This document shows positions 27,337 to 37,788 of a stretch of DNA of 37,882 bases, piece by piece. A program made the position numbers and the translations under genes. Origin of the DNA: Sedimentisphaerales bacterium (GTDB lineage: Bacteria > Planctomycetota > Phycisphaerae > Sedimentisphaerales > SM23-30). Where the stretch lies: the NCBI GenBank assembly GCA_963663805.2, contig CAXXMR010000024.1:1-37882 (forward strand), written 5' to 3'. The number at the start of each line of letters is the position of its first letter. Positions within the stretch are counted from its first letter, which is position 1. The notes beneath the pieces are model-generated. The model saw only the letters and a program-made list of their open reading frames with translations. It was not told where the DNA came from and ran no database searches.

Positions 27337-27705
27337 TTATTGTCCGTGGCTGCGCAGCTGGCTTTCGGAGAAACCCAGGTAGTGTCCCAGTTCGTGGATG
27401 AGGGTTTTCTGGATTTGTTGGGTTAGAGCGGTTTTGTCTTTGCAGATACGCAGGATATTTTTGCGGTAGAGAAAAATCTGGCTGGGCGTGAATCCGGTGG
27501 TGACGCTGCGATGGTTAAGGGGTGTGCCGCGATACAAACCGAGCAGGCCGTTGGGGTTGGTACGGCCTAGCTGGCGACAGGCGACTTTATCGGGTAGTTC
27601 TTCTATAATGACGGGCACCTCGTCGAGATAGTCACGGAAACGCGAGTCCATTTCGGCGACGGCGTGCCGGACAATCTGGTCGAATTCTTGATTAGAAATT
27701 TCCAT
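27337..27705 (-). CDS. Zincin-like metallopeptidase family protein
   Basis: LLGLYRG, I.LYRKNI, TLIHELGHYLG. Confidence 0.85.
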   Translation of the reverse strand: MEISNQEFDQIVRHAVAEMDSRFRDYLDEVPVIIEELPDKVACRQLGRTNPNGLLGLYRGTPLNHRSVTTGFTPSQIFLYRKNILRICKDKTALTQQIQKTLIHELGHYLGFSESQLRSHGQ

Positions 27706-27710
27706 ACGGC

Positions 27711-28574
27711 TCAGGCGTCTTTAATATCGGCTTTTTCTTTAGCGGCATCGACGAAATCTTCCAGAGCTTTTTGCCGAGCACGATTGATGAGTTCCTGCTG
27801 AATTTTGTCGCGGACATCATCAACTGGAATTAGTTCGGGAGTATTTCTTTCGATAACATAAACGATGTGGAATCCGAACTCGGTTTCAAAAACGTCCGTG
27901 TAGTGGCCGGGGTCGGTGTTGAAGGCCTGGTCCTCGAAGGCCTGAACCATCTGGCCGCGACCAAATGTGCCCAGGTCTCCGGCATTGTCGGGGCAGTCAC
28001 TGTGCTGGCGGGCCAGGGTCTGGAAGTCGGCTCCCTGACGGAGTTTGCCCAAGAGCCGTTCCATTTCCTTAATGTTTTTTTTCTTATCCGGGCCAGGCTT
28101 ATGGTGCTTGACTATATGAGCGGCGTGGATGGTTTCGGCTGACAGAAAATATTCCTGGTATTCGTTATAGAAGTCTAAAATTTCCTGTTCGGTGGGCTCG
28201 GCAACTTCAGCGGTTATTTCCGTCAGAAAACTTTCGACTTTGATGCGTTGTTCAATATCGTTCTTGACTTCACCGACACGGTCCTCGGTTAGCTGGAATC
28301 TTTCGAAGAATTTTTCCCGGCCGCCGTGCTGGTCGATGAGATACTGATATTCCTGCTCGACTCTCTGGGCCTCTACGGGCTTATCTTCGGCCAGGGCGGC
28401 CTGGCGGATGAGTTCGCGTTCGATGACATTTTCGCGGGACCATTGGCGCAGCTCTTTCTCGCGCTGTTCAGGTGATTTTTCGCGCATAATCTGCTCATAT
28501 TGAGGCCTGAGCCGCTCAATTTCGTCGTTGATAACCTGTTCTTCGATGTTTATTCCGTTGATAAGAATCGCCAT
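27711..28574 (-). CDS. Parvulin-type peptidyl-prolyl isomerase with a SurA-like N-terminal region
   Basis: AAHI, F..LARQHSDCP..GDLG.FGRGQMV.AFE..AF, TEFGFHIV. Confidence 0.9.
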   Translation of the reverse strand: MAILINGINIEEQVINDEIERLRPQYEQIMREKSPEQREKELRQWSRENVIERELIRQAALAEDKPVEAQRVEQEYQYLIDQHGGREKFFERFQLTEDRVGEVKNDIEQRIKVESFLTEITAEVAEPTEQEILDFYNEYQEYFLSAETIHAAHIVKHHKPGPDKKKNIKEMERLLGKLRQGADFQTLARQHSDCPDNAGDLGTFGRGQMVQAFEDQAFNTDPGHYTDVFETEFGFHIVYVIERNTPELIPVDDVRDKIQQELINRARQKALEDFVDAAKEKADIKDA

Positions 28575-28644
28575 TTTTCACTCCGGCTGATAATTTCACG
28601 TAGATTTCCATATTATTACCGGAGTGAATTATAGCAGATTCTCT

Positions 28645-29163
28645 TTAAAACGACGAGAAGAATTTCTCACGAGGCGATGATACCATACTAGAGGTAAGGG
28701 CCTGCGGTGCGGTCTTATGGGGGCTTTCAGTATCGCCAAGCGTATATTTTTCGATAGCATCAATGAGTTCCGGGCCGGGCGGCTTGACGAAATAGTATGG
28801 GCAGCCAAGCTCGGCACAGCGTTTTTTGTTCTGGAGCGAATTGCTGGCTGAAAGCATTATCACCGGAATTGTCGCCAGGTGCGGTTGCTTTTTCATTTGT
28901 TCAAGCACGGTAATACCGTCGATTTTCGGCATACGAATATCCAACAGCAGCAGATAAATTTTATCAAGAATCGACTCGTTATTTCTGGCGGCTTCCTGAA
29001 GAAACTTCAAAGTTTCCTGCCCATCGAAAAGCTGGATGATGTTATTTGGGATACCGGCCCGGCGGATTATTCGTTTGGTGAGAATAAAATTTCCGGGATC
29101 GTCCTCGGCGATTAAAATGGTAAAATTTGATTTCATGACTCCCTCAGAAATTGAGTTTGACAT
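28645..29163 (-). CDS. Single-domain response regulator
   Basis: ILIAEDD, LLLDIRMPKIDG, IPVIMLS, YFVKP. Confidence 0.88.
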   Translation of the reverse strand: MSNSISEGVMKSNFTILIAEDDPGNFILTKRIIRRAGIPNNIIQLFDGQETLKFLQEAARNNESILDKIYLLLLDIRMPKIDGITVLEQMKKQPHLATIPVIMLSASNSLQNKKRCAELGCPYYFVKPPGPELIDAIEKYTLGDTESPHKTAPQALTSSMVSSPREKFFSSF

Positions 29164-29223
29164 GACTATTATAACTCAAAAAAAAGGAAATGGACAGGGA
29201 AAATTTGATTTTCAGAAAATATT

Positions 29224-29775
29224 TCAAAAGCCGTGTTGACACATCGACGGTCGCGGCAACTTATGAGCCAGAAAATCATCCAGCGGCAGAGCCAGATCGG
29301 CGAATTTATTAGTCGGGACATGCACGGTTTGCCAGCTTTGACTGCGGGTTCTCATCCAGCGTTGATAGGCGGCCAGGTCGGCGGCGATGAAAATATAGTT
29401 ACGCTGATTGTAGACGTAAATTTTGATGTCTTGGTAAATTGGTGCAGCATCATAAAGCCAGTAAGCGAAGATAAAAACCGACTGATATTGGCTGCCGAAA
29501 CTGTTCTGCCAGAGATTCAGGCCGATTACATCATCAATAGTTGCCCAGTTCTGGCCGTATCTGCCGCGAAGATACTGTTCGGTGGGAAGTTTGCGACCTT
29601 TGACATCGATAAGAAGTTTACGGCCATGACGAGGATAGAGAATAAAATCGAAACTCTTGACGGCCTGGTCAGCCAGTAATGCTTTACGGTTCTGGTCGAT
29701 AGCAACAGACTTCAGGCGGCGAGTTTCCAGGAAACTTTGAAAGGCCTTTTCGTAATGTGTGACGGCAACTTTCAT
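29224..29775 (-). CDS. HYExAFE-family protein (PD-(D/E)XK-like)
   Basis: N-terminal HYEKAFQ, KSFDF, DVKGRK, NWATIDD, FAYW. Confidence 0.7.
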   Translation of the reverse strand: MKVAVTHYEKAFQSFLETRRLKSVAIDQNRKALLADQAVKSFDFILYPRHGRKLLIDVKGRKLPTEQYLRGRYGQNWATIDDVIGLNLWQNSFGSQYQSVFIFAYWLYDAAPIYQDIKIYVYNQRNYIFIAADLAAYQRWMRTRSQSWQTVHVPTNKFADLALPLDDFLAHKLPRPSMCQHGF

Positions 29776-29807
29776 TTTGGACTCGAAACAAGTGACCAGA
29801 TTACAGC

Positions 29808-31100
29808 CTATAGTACTTGTCGGGGATTCTCCAGCAATTTGTTTAGTAAAATTTGAGATTGTTTGCCCTGGGCCATGTCTTTTATGGTAACCATGTTTGA
29901 TTCGATGGTTTCTGCTCCGAGTATGATTACGAATCTGGTATTGAGAGCCGAAGCCTGTTTAAGCTGTTTGCCAATACTGGTACGGCGGTAATCGAAGGCG
30001 GCGGTTAGTCCGGCCTGACGAAGTTGGGCGGTGACCTGGAGGAGTTGGTCGAACAATTTTGGTTCGGCATCTATCAGGAAAAAATCTACCTCGGCGGCTT
30101 TGGGTTTGAGCAGGTCTTTTTCGGTAAGCAAGATTTCCAGCACGACATCACCCATTCCAAAGCCGGTGCCGGAAGCCTGGGGTCCGCCGAAACCGGCGAG
30201 AAGATTATCGTAGCGTCCGCCGGCGGCGACGGCACGAAGGCGACTTTGACGGTCGAAAATCTCAAATACCGGTCCGGTATAATAGGCCAGCCCACGGACA
30301 ATAGTTATATCAAACTGGCAATAATCAGCGATACCAAGCTGGTCGAGCTGGTCGAACAGCTCGGTAAGGCCAGCCAGGGCCGCCCGCGCCTGGTCGGTGT
30401 GGAGGAGTTCACCAACTTCTTTAAGGCTTTGCAGTGACTGGACTTGCATTAGTTTTTTTCGCTGGTCGGGGTTGGGAATCTGTTCAGCGGCAAGTTCGGC
30501 AAATGCTTCGGCGGAAAGTTTGGGGCGTTTGTCTAAAAGGACGTACACTTTTTCGAATTCGTCGGGATTGAATTTGAGGTCGGCTAGCAGGGCCGCTAAC
30601 ATTGCCCGACTGGAAAGCCGCACGACAATATCCGCGGCGGTCAGGCCAACCGAACGGAGATAATCGACGGCGGTGAAAATACATTCAGCGTCGGCGAGGG
30701 TTGAATCGGTGCCGACGATATCGCAGTTCCACTGGAAGAATTCGCGTAGTCTGCCCTTCTGGGGTTTTTCGGCGCGGCAGCAGCGGGGCATAGAGAACCA
30801 TTTGATGGGTTTGGGCAGGGCGTTGAACTGCTGGTTGACCATGCGAGCGAGGGTGGGGGTCATTTCCGGGCGGATGGCCAAGTCTCGTCCGCCACGGTCG
30901 GTCAGCGAGAAAAGCTCCGAAGCGATTCCTTCACCGCTTTTCTGGGTGAAAAGCTGCAAATGTTCGAAAATTGGGCCGTCATATTCGAGAAAACCGTTAC
31001 GCAATGAGATAGACTGCCAGCCGGAAAGTATCCAGTTACGCAGGGCCATTTTTTCGGGGTAGAAGTCGCGGGTGCCTTTTACGGGGGGTATTTTTGCCAT
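29808..31100 (-). CDS. hisS: Histidine--tRNA ligase
   Basis: KGTRDF, RPEMTP, R.EKPQKGRLREFFQ, RGLAYYTG, GGRYDNL. Confidence 0.96.
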   Translation of the reverse strand: MAKIPPVKGTRDFYPEKMALRNWILSGWQSISLRNGFLEYDGPIFEHLQLFTQKSGEGIASELFSLTDRGGRDLAIRPEMTPTLARMVNQQFNALPKPIKWFSMPRCCRAEKPQKGRLREFFQWNCDIVGTDSTLADAECIFTAVDYLRSVGLTAADIVVRLSSRAMLAALLADLKFNPDEFEKVYVLLDKRPKLSAEAFAELAAEQIPNPDQRKKLMQVQSLQSLKEVGELLHTDQARAALAGLTELFDQLDQLGIADYCQFDITIVRGLAYYTGPVFEIFDRQSRLRAVAAGGRYDNLLAGFGGPQASGTGFGMGDVVLEILLTEKDLLKPKAAEVDFFLIDAEPKLFDQLLQVTAQLRQAGLTAAFDYRRTSIGKQLKQASALNTRFVIILGAETIESNMVTIKDMAQGKQSQILLNKLLENPRQVL

Positions 31101-31120
31101 TATCTTTTACCTTTGCCGCT

Positions 31121-31510
31121 TCAGGATGCTTTTGATTTTTTTTTGGTTTTGGATTTGGTTTTGGCCGGGCCAAATTTTTGGAGGATGTATTCGTCCACTT
31201 CCTCAATACTGGTGAAGTGTAACTCGTAGCCGTAGTCGCCGCTGTGGAAGTCGCATGAATCTTCAGTGTAACGACGGCAAATCTTGGGCCTGGTCTCATA
31301 TATGCCGCAGCGATTGTCGCGATCGAGAAACCGGCAGCGGTTGGCGATATTGATATACCAATCGTCATCCTCAACAAAAACGCTGATGCCTTCATGGGCC
31401 AGATACCAGCGGATGTCATCAAAATCAGAGCGATCTTCCGGGGTTTCGATGGGCAAAGCAATATAGCGGCAACAGAGGCCAGCACATTTGATGCAGAGTG
31501 AATCGTCCAA
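31121..31510 (-). CDS. YkgJ-family cysteine cluster protein
   Basis: CIKCAGLCC, CRFL...CGIYETRP.ICR; TTG start after AGGAG. Confidence 0.85.
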   Translation of the reverse strand: MDDSLCIKCAGLCCRYIALPIETPEDRSDFDDIRWYLAHEGISVFVEDDDWYINIANRCRFLDRDNRCGIYETRPKICRRYTEDSCDFHSGDYGYELHFTSIEEVDEYILQKFGPAKTKSKTKKKSKAS

Positions 31511-31682
31511 AACTATCTCCTGTATAAAAAAACTAATTTTGGCTTATTATAGGGTGCGAAGGTTAGATGTACAAGATTCGTATCTAAATGGGCAAAATGG
31601 AGAGGTTGTACAAGTGATTTGCCTTGTCAGGACCTGCGGCAGCCGGGGATTGGGGTAACATAACTAATTATTTTGAAAAGAG

Positions 31683-33143
31683 TTATTTTCTTTTACGGGC
31701 TATTCTCAGGCGTGCTTTTACTACATTCAGGGCTTGTTTGGGGCGTAGGAAGGCCCGGTGGATGGTATTGGGCAGCCGTCTGATTTTTGCCGAGAGAGGC
31801 GGCTGGGGTCGTCTTGATTCTAGCAGGGCCTGGATGTCGAAATATAGCTGGTCGAAATCTTCGGTTTTGATGGCTAGGTCGTAGAGTCTGGGCCGCTGCG
31901 GGTGAGGCCGGGTCAATTGCCATAGGTCCCAGTTATTATCGTACGGCTGAACGATGTTGTGTTCCAGAGCGTATTGCCAGAATGGTGTGCCCGGCAGAGG
32001 GGTGGCGATGAAGGGCCAGATGTCGTCGGCGCCGGTGCGGTGCAGGCGGTCCAGAAAGTTTCGGGTGTCCTGCATCTGCTGCCAGGTTTCGCCGGGACTG
32101 CCCAGGATGACACTGCCCTGGACGGTAAATCCGTATTTTTTGCACATGCGGACAGCATTTTCGGCGATGTCCAGCGAGACGCCGGAACCCTTGAGCTGCC
32201 GGAGCATTTGGTCGTTGCCGCTTTCAAACCCGAAAGCGGTCAGAACGATTCCCATCTCCTTCATGAGTCGGCACATTTCGTCGTCGATAACATTCATCCG
32301 CGGCTGGACAGCAAAATTGACCTTTCCCAGAAGATTAGCCTCGCGCAGCCCCTGAGTAACTTCGCGTACACGTTTTTTGTTGATGGCAAAGAGGTCGTCT
32401 TCGATATGAATGAAGTTTGTCTTATATGTGCCGCAGACATACGCGATTTCCTCGACTACACGTTCGACCGAATGCAGGCGGACATTTTGCCAGAATCTCG
32501 GCGAGGAACAAAACGCGCAACGGTAGGGGCAGCCGCGGCCGGTGAAGATATTACCCAGCCCGACTCGTTTCCAATTCAGACAATACATGTTCGGGCGGGC
32601 GTTAATATACGCCGGGTGAATGAATGAGCGGTCCGGCACGGGGATACTGTCGAGAGGTTCAATCAGTTGGCGTGGTTCGGTTTTGCGAAGTTGGTCGGCT
32701 TCGTACCAAGCCAGGCCGGGGATTTGGGATAGTGAATCATGTTCCAACTGTCCCTTTTTTGCGTAGAGGTTCATAACTTCCAGTAAAGTCTGCTCGGCCT
32801 CACCGAGGAAAGCCAAATCGAAAATTTTATGGAGTGATTCCGGCACTACCGAGATGTGATGGCCACCCAGCATAAGTGTTGCTTCGGGATGAGCGGTGCG
32901 AATCTCACGGGCCAGAGCGACAGCTTCGGAATATAACGGGGTCAGTGCGGAGATACCCACAAGGTCCGGCTGAAAATCTTTTAGTTCCCGGATGACATTT
33001 TCATGTTTCACATCCAGTACACGGACATTCTGACAATCGCCGTACTTACGCAGATAGGTAGCGAGATAGGCAAGCTGCAAAGGTGGTGCCCAGCCGTCAC
33101 TGAGGCAGGCGATAAGTGCGAGTTTGGGTTGGTTCATTTTCAT
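31683..33143 (-). CDS. B12-binding-domain radical SAM protein
   Basis: PPLQLAYLA, LGGHH, GEAE, RGCPYRCAFC, DDLF, GFESG, GSPGET, PLPGT. Confidence 0.9.
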   Translation of the reverse strand: MKMNQPKLALIACLSDGWAPPLQLAYLATYLRKYGDCQNVRVLDVKHENVIRELKDFQPDLVGISALTPLYSEAVALAREIRTAHPEATLMLGGHHISVVPESLHKIFDLAFLGEAEQTLLEVMNLYAKKGQLEHDSLSQIPGLAWYEADQLRKTEPRQLIEPLDSIPVPDRSFIHPAYINARPNMYCLNWKRVGLGNIFTGRGCPYRCAFCSSPRFWQNVRLHSVERVVEEIAYVCGTYKTNFIHIEDDLFAINKKRVREVTQGLREANLLGKVNFAVQPRMNVIDDEMCRLMKEMGIVLTAFGFESGNDQMLRQLKGSGVSLDIAENAVRMCKKYGFTVQGSVILGSPGETWQQMQDTRNFLDRLHRTGADDIWPFIATPLPGTPFWQYALEHNIVQPYDNNWDLWQLTRPHPQRPRLYDLAIKTEDFDQLYFDIQALLESRRPQPPLSAKIRRLPNTIHRAFLRPKQALNVVKARLRIARKRK

Positions 33144-35167
33144 ATACTGCTTTGTAAATGAATCTTTGTATTCTGGTCAAAGTTATCAAAATAAGTTTCC
33201 AGCCAACGTTCCAGATTGATAACGCGCCAGAGCAGCCAGGCATGGTCGGCCTGACCGGAACAGTGCTGGTCGAAAATAGTACGTACCTTGTCCGGCTGGA
33301 AGATGTCCCGACTTTTTAGCGAATTACTGCTGATTATATCCTGTGCATAATCATGGATAGGGCCCTTGAGCCAAAGTGAAAACGGGGTGGGGTAGGCCTT
33401 CTTGTCAGGTCGGTCGGTTATCTGGTCCGGCAGGATACCGCGTAACGATTGACGCATGAGATATTTGGTGGTTGAGCCTTTAATCTTGAGATTGAAGGGC
33501 AGGGAGCAGAGATATTCCATCAGGCGGTAATCCAAAAAGGGCACGCGTGACTCTATGGAAAACGCCATCGAGGTTCGGTCGCCGTATTGCATTAGCATGG
33601 GGATATTGTCGCGCATGAGTTCCCAGTAGAGAATTTCGTTCAGGTCGTCCCTGAATTTTCTGGTGCGGGGTTGATAACCGGGCAGCGTTTGATTAAGTAT
33701 CCGCGGATGAGCCAGTTCATAAATTGGTCCCTGCCTCAACAGTTTTTTTCGTAGCTGGAGACGCAGAGGTCGAACCATATCTCGCAAGGGTGCCGGTATG
33801 GTTCGGTTGGCAATGTGGGCTAGTGCTTCAAGGTTACTCTTTAAGGTTGATTGGCCGGTATGTCGGGCGATGGCTTTTTTGGCGTTGAGGTATTCGCTCA
33901 AGGTTGTGCTGCCCGGGCCGGTGGTAAAAGCTCGGGCGAGGATACTGGTCAGATAATAATTGAAGTAATGATGGTAGCCGCCCAGCAGTTCGTCAGCCCC
34001 CTGACCATCGAGTACGACCTTGACATGACGCGAGGCCAGCTCCATCACATGCCACTGCGAAAATGGGCCGGGGCCGGGACATGGTTCGTCGTGATAGAAA
34101 CTGAACCGGTCGATAAAACTCAAGTATTGTTCGCCGGTGGGAGTGATGTAATGAGCGTCGGTGTTGAACGCCGAGGCGGCGGCGCGGGCGTAATGTCCTT
34201 CGGAAAACTGCTGCTCGTGATATTCCGTGGTAAAAGTACACAACCGGGCATTGAGGGCACTGGTAGCCAGAGCGACTATCGCCGAAGAGTCCAGCCCGCC
34301 CGACAGACACGTCCCTACCGGCACGTCGGCCCGAAAACGCAAACGGATAGCATCGGTGAGCAGTTCGCGAAAATGCTCGGTGGCTTCTGTTTCATCGGCA
34401 TAGCCGCGATTGGCGGATTCGATAGAAGATTCCGGGATGTCCCAGTAACGATATGTTCGGCAGTGTCCCTGTTTGATTTCCATATTGTGGCCGGGCATTA
34501 ACTGGCGGACATGCTCAAAGAGAGTATGTTCAGCGTCGTTGAGCAGACCGGTCAGAATAAATCGGGACAGATAAGGCTCATTTAGAGTATGCTGTTTTTG
34601 GGGCAAGGCCGCGAAAACGGCTTTAATCTCCGACGCAAAAATCAAGCGATCATTATCAAGATAATAATAGAATGGCTTAATGCCCACCCGATCGCGGCTG
34701 GCGAACAGTGTCTGCGTCGTGCAGTCCCAGAGAGCAAAGGCCCACATACCGTTAAATTTTCCCACGCAGGCCTGTCCCCATTGACGGTAGGCCTGGAGGA
34801 TTACTTCGGTATCACAAGTTGACCGAAATTTATGGCCCATGCCCTCAAGCTGTTGGCGCAGCTCGATGTAATTGTAAATCTCACCGTTGTAAACAATCCA
34901 CAATTGACCAGACACATCAGTCATAGGCTGAGAGCCGGTTTCCTGCAGGTCGATAATCGAAAGGCGACGATGGCCCAGAGCCAGCGGACCGGAGCGGTTC
35001 AGCTCACTTATTTTACGGCCGCGATAGATAGAATGTCCCTGATTATCAAAAAAGGCGTAGCCAAAGTCGTCCGGGCCGCGATGATGCTGAAGGCTGGTCA
35101 TCAGCTCGATGGTTTGAGGCTCGACGGCCTGTTCGTTAAAATTGTATATTCCCGCGATACCACACAT
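33140..35167 (-). CDS. asnB: Asparagine synthase-like glutamine amidotransferase
   Basis: MCGIAG, HRGPD, NGEIYN, LSGGLDSS, DGQGADE, ESRVPFLD. Confidence 0.9.
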   Translation of the reverse strand: MCGIAGIYNFNEQAVEPQTIELMTSLQHHRGPDDFGYAFFDNQGHSIYRGRKISELNRSGPLALGHRRLSIIDLQETGSQPMTDVSGQLWIVYNGEIYNYIELRQQLEGMGHKFRSTCDTEVILQAYRQWGQACVGKFNGMWAFALWDCTTQTLFASRDRVGIKPFYYYLDNDRLIFASEIKAVFAALPQKQHTLNEPYLSRFILTGLLNDAEHTLFEHVRQLMPGHNMEIKQGHCRTYRYWDIPESSIESANRGYADETEATEHFRELLTDAIRLRFRADVPVGTCLSGGLDSSAIVALATSALNARLCTFTTEYHEQQFSEGHYARAAASAFNTDAHYITPTGEQYLSFIDRFSFYHDEPCPGPGPFSQWHVMELASRHVKVVLDGQGADELLGGYHHYFNYYLTSILARAFTTGPGSTTLSEYLNAKKAIARHTGQSTLKSNLEALAHIANRTIPAPLRDMVRPLRLQLRKKLLRQGPIYELAHPRILNQTLPGYQPRTRKFRDDLNEILYWELMRDNIPMLMQYGDRTSMAFSIESRVPFLDYRLMEYLCSLPFNLKIKGSTTKYLMRQSLRGILPDQITDRPDKKAYPTPFSLWLKGPIHDYAQDIISSNSLKSRDIFQPDKVRTIFDQHCSGQADHAWLLWRVINLERWLETYFDNFDQNTKIHLQSSI

Positions 35168-35176
35168 AATTACTTC

Positions 35177-36628
35177 TCAGGCCGTTTGAAATTTCATTTG
35201 GGGTTTAGTTTCGGTTAATTCCCAGCCGGCCAGTTTTGCTATCGCGTGAGCGAATTGTTTCTGCTGGATGGGCAGATGGAACTGGTTAATAAAATTCCAG
35301 TCCGGCTGAAGCGCAGGCAGGCCGGTAGTTTTGCGTCGGAACAAAACTAACAGTTGTCGGGCGATTTCGTTTATGTTGTCGGGCGGAGCGATCAAACCGG
35401 TGCCGGCCTGAGTGACCAGGTCTCTGGCTTCGCCGGGGGGCACCAGAGCGAGGATCGGTTTGCCGGAACCAAGATAAGCGTAAGTTTTACCGGGAACGCA
35501 CCAGTGATAGTCGAGATTTTTGATGCCGTAAAGTGTCAACACTCTTACATCGGCAAAATGGGCCAGCTGCTGAGCGTATTGCGGAGTCACCGGGCCGAGC
35601 TGTTGAATATTTTCGGTAAGTTGATTCCGGCGAGCCCAGATGTCAATCGCGGGGAACTTTTCGCCGACAAAAATCAGACGTACTTTTTGGGCGAACTCTT
35701 TGTCTTCCTGCGCGGCCTGGGCTAGAGCAAAAACAAGATAATTGGGGGACATCCAGTCGAGACGAAGTTGTTCACAGAAATTGGCTCCCAATAGAATTCG
35801 GCGGGCAGTTCGTGAACATGACTTGGCGAGGTTAGTTAATTTTGAGGTCGAAGTAATATCAAGTCCACGCAGCTGGCCGGTATAGGTTATGGTAAATTTT
35901 TCCGAGTCGAGGTCAACCGAGCAGGATAGTTCATTGGTTTTTTCGAAGCTGTGTCGGATAGTAAGTGTTTTGGCGGCTATGTCGGGGCCGTAATGCTCGT
36001 CGAGAATTTTTTTCTGGTGGTCGGTCTCGGTAATTATCAACTGAGCAGAAGCGGTACAGCGGTCTTCCCACTTGCGGGCCCGGCGACGATGAAAAACCGA
36101 AGGGTAAGGCCAGTCCTTGCCGATGGTCCAGGCATCACGAAATTCCAGAGCGAGTTTGAGATGGTACTGTTGGGCCAGACGATGGGCTACAGCCATCAAA
36201 CCGAAGGGTAATCCGGTGGCGAATAATACTTCCGGTTGATATTTCTGAATCAGGGCGTGAGCGGCCCGGTATAGTGCTTTGGAACATACCGGGTCGGGCG
36301 TTGGGCCGGGCAGGGGCTGCTGGCTGGGCCAGCGGGGAAGACTGCCCGATAGTTGCGTCGGTAACTGACCGGCAGAACTCACTCGACAGATGGTCAGCAA
36401 TTCGGAAGGTTCCTCAATCTCCGGTTTTTCACCGACAGTCGCTAGTATTACTTTTATATTGTGGTCATTGAGGGCGGTTACGAAGCGATGGGCTCTTATG
36501 CCTGCGGCAACGGTGGTGGGCAGATAGTGGCGAGTCAAATATAAAACTGGGCGCAGTGATTTTTCCATATCAATATAGTTATCGGTAATAGTTCGGCTGG
36601 ACGCTGAATAATCGCCCGGTTCCGCCAA
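35177..36628 (-). CDS. GT-B (family 4-like) glycosyltransferase; start may be the ATG at 36568
   Basis: EFRDAW, TYTG, PGKTYAYL..GKPILA. Confidence 0.78.
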   Translation of the reverse strand: MAEPGDYSASSRTITDNYIDMEKSLRPVLYLTRHYLPTTVAAGIRAHRFVTALNDHNIKVILATVGEKPEIEEPSELLTICRVSSAGQLPTQLSGSLPRWPSQQPLPGPTPDPVCSKALYRAAHALIQKYQPEVLFATGLPFGLMAVAHRLAQQYHLKLALEFRDAWTIGKDWPYPSVFHRRRARKWEDRCTASAQLIITETDHQKKILDEHYGPDIAAKTLTIRHSFEKTNELSCSVDLDSEKFTITYTGQLRGLDITSTSKLTNLAKSCSRTARRILLGANFCEQLRLDWMSPNYLVFALAQAAQEDKEFAQKVRLIFVGEKFPAIDIWARRNQLTENIQQLGPVTPQYAQQLAHFADVRVLTLYGIKNLDYHWCVPGKTYAYLGSGKPILALVPPGEARDLVTQAGTGLIAPPDNINEIARQLLVLFRRKTTGLPALQPDWNFINQFHLPIQQKQFAHAIAKLAGWELTETKPQMKFQTA

Positions 36629-36645
36629 GTGTGAATTTACTAAAT

Positions 36646-37473
36646 TCAGGTTTTATTAGCTCGGTTTATCCAACGCTGCGGGTCTGTTTCGGGGGAAGAG
36701 GTGGTATCTTCGTCTACAATCAGATGGCCCTTGCGGCAGAGGAAGGCCAACACCTTACGCCGCAAATTGGTGAGAGGCCGGGCGACTTTTCGATGTAATT
36801 TTATCCAGGGATTGACTTTACGAGACTGGGCGATTCGCTCAGGGGTCATCAGGTCAGGCCTGAGACGGCGATTGTGCTTGTTAATATGGTATAGATCGGC
36901 CTGCTGGAGGCGATTCAATAGGGGCGAGAGAATGCCCGGCAGTTGGCAGGAGATTTGAAAATCTATAAGGGCCGGCTCGCCTTGGGGGGTAATCAGGATA
37001 TTGCTGCGTTTATTTAAATCAACGTAGGCGACATGGCGTTTGTGAATTTTTTCGGTAAGCTGCCTGAGTTTTACGAAAAAATCATCGGGGATGATATCCG
37101 CCCGGTCGAGGGTTTGGCCGGGTATGAACTCATAGGCTACGGCATCATGAAAAGGCCTGGGCAGTAATTTGGGGATGCCGGGGAGGTTCTGGAGGGTTTT
37201 TAGTATGTTGTATTCGTGGTCGGCCAGTAGTTGGCCTAGCCAGGCTAGGGGGATACCCAATATATGGGAGCGTCTTGGTAATTTCAGGACTATTTGGTGG
37301 GCATTCGGGGAGTTATTATCGGACCTACCAACGCTGTAAAGCAAGGTGGCCGCGAAAAAATCGTGTTTAAAGACAGTTTTGAGGTGATATATCCGGGATT
37401 TAATTGTGATTTCCGGAGGGACTTTCTGGCTACCCAAGGCTCTTAACTGCTGTGCTATGGTTGATTTTGACAT
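36646..37473 (-). CDS. RIO/Kdo-like kinase-fold phosphotransferase
   Basis: VLK, EY.IL..L....GIP, YEFIPG, DLNKRSNIL, LIDFQ. Confidence 0.72.
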   Translation of the reverse strand: MSKSTIAQQLRALGSQKVPPEITIKSRIYHLKTVFKHDFFAATLLYSVGRSDNNSPNAHQIVLKLPRRSHILGIPLAWLGQLLADHEYNILKTLQNLPGIPKLLPRPFHDAVAYEFIPGQTLDRADIIPDDFFVKLRQLTEKIHKRHVAYVDLNKRSNILITPQGEPALIDFQISCQLPGILSPLLNRLQQADLYHINKHNRRLRPDLMTPERIAQSRKVNPWIKLHRKVARPLTNLRRKVLAFLCRKGHLIVDEDTTSSPETDPQRWINRANKT

Positions 37474-37759
37474 AGCGTTATTTTGACAATCCGGGTGCTG
37501 ATTTCAAGTTATTATCCTGTCGACAACAATAATAAGTAGTATTGCTGAAAATGGACAGACCGATAATCAGTGGTTGATATTGTGTTAATTTATTTGTTTG
37601 CAGGACTTTACAAGACAATTAGCGACGTAGCTTGTTGCGTCGGGTCAACGGTAACAATTGTAAGAATAATAAGGGTTGGGGAAACATTGAGCAGGGCCGA
37701 TATATAACTTTCTTACTTTAGGCAGTTTATAACAATATTAAAAAAAGGTATTTTTATGC

Positions 37760-37788
37760 TTGTAAAGGGCATGGTGTTTGCGTATAAT
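37760..37788 (+). promoter_or_regulatory. Putative sigma70-type promoter reading out of the window
   Basis: TTGTAA (37760-37765), 17 nt, TATAAT (37783-37788). Confidence 0.6.

Noticed and set aside
33140..35167. Lasso peptide cyclase cluster
   Set aside because: The protein retains the N-terminal catalytic Cys of glutamine amidotransferases, and no B1/B2 proteins or precursor are adjacent.
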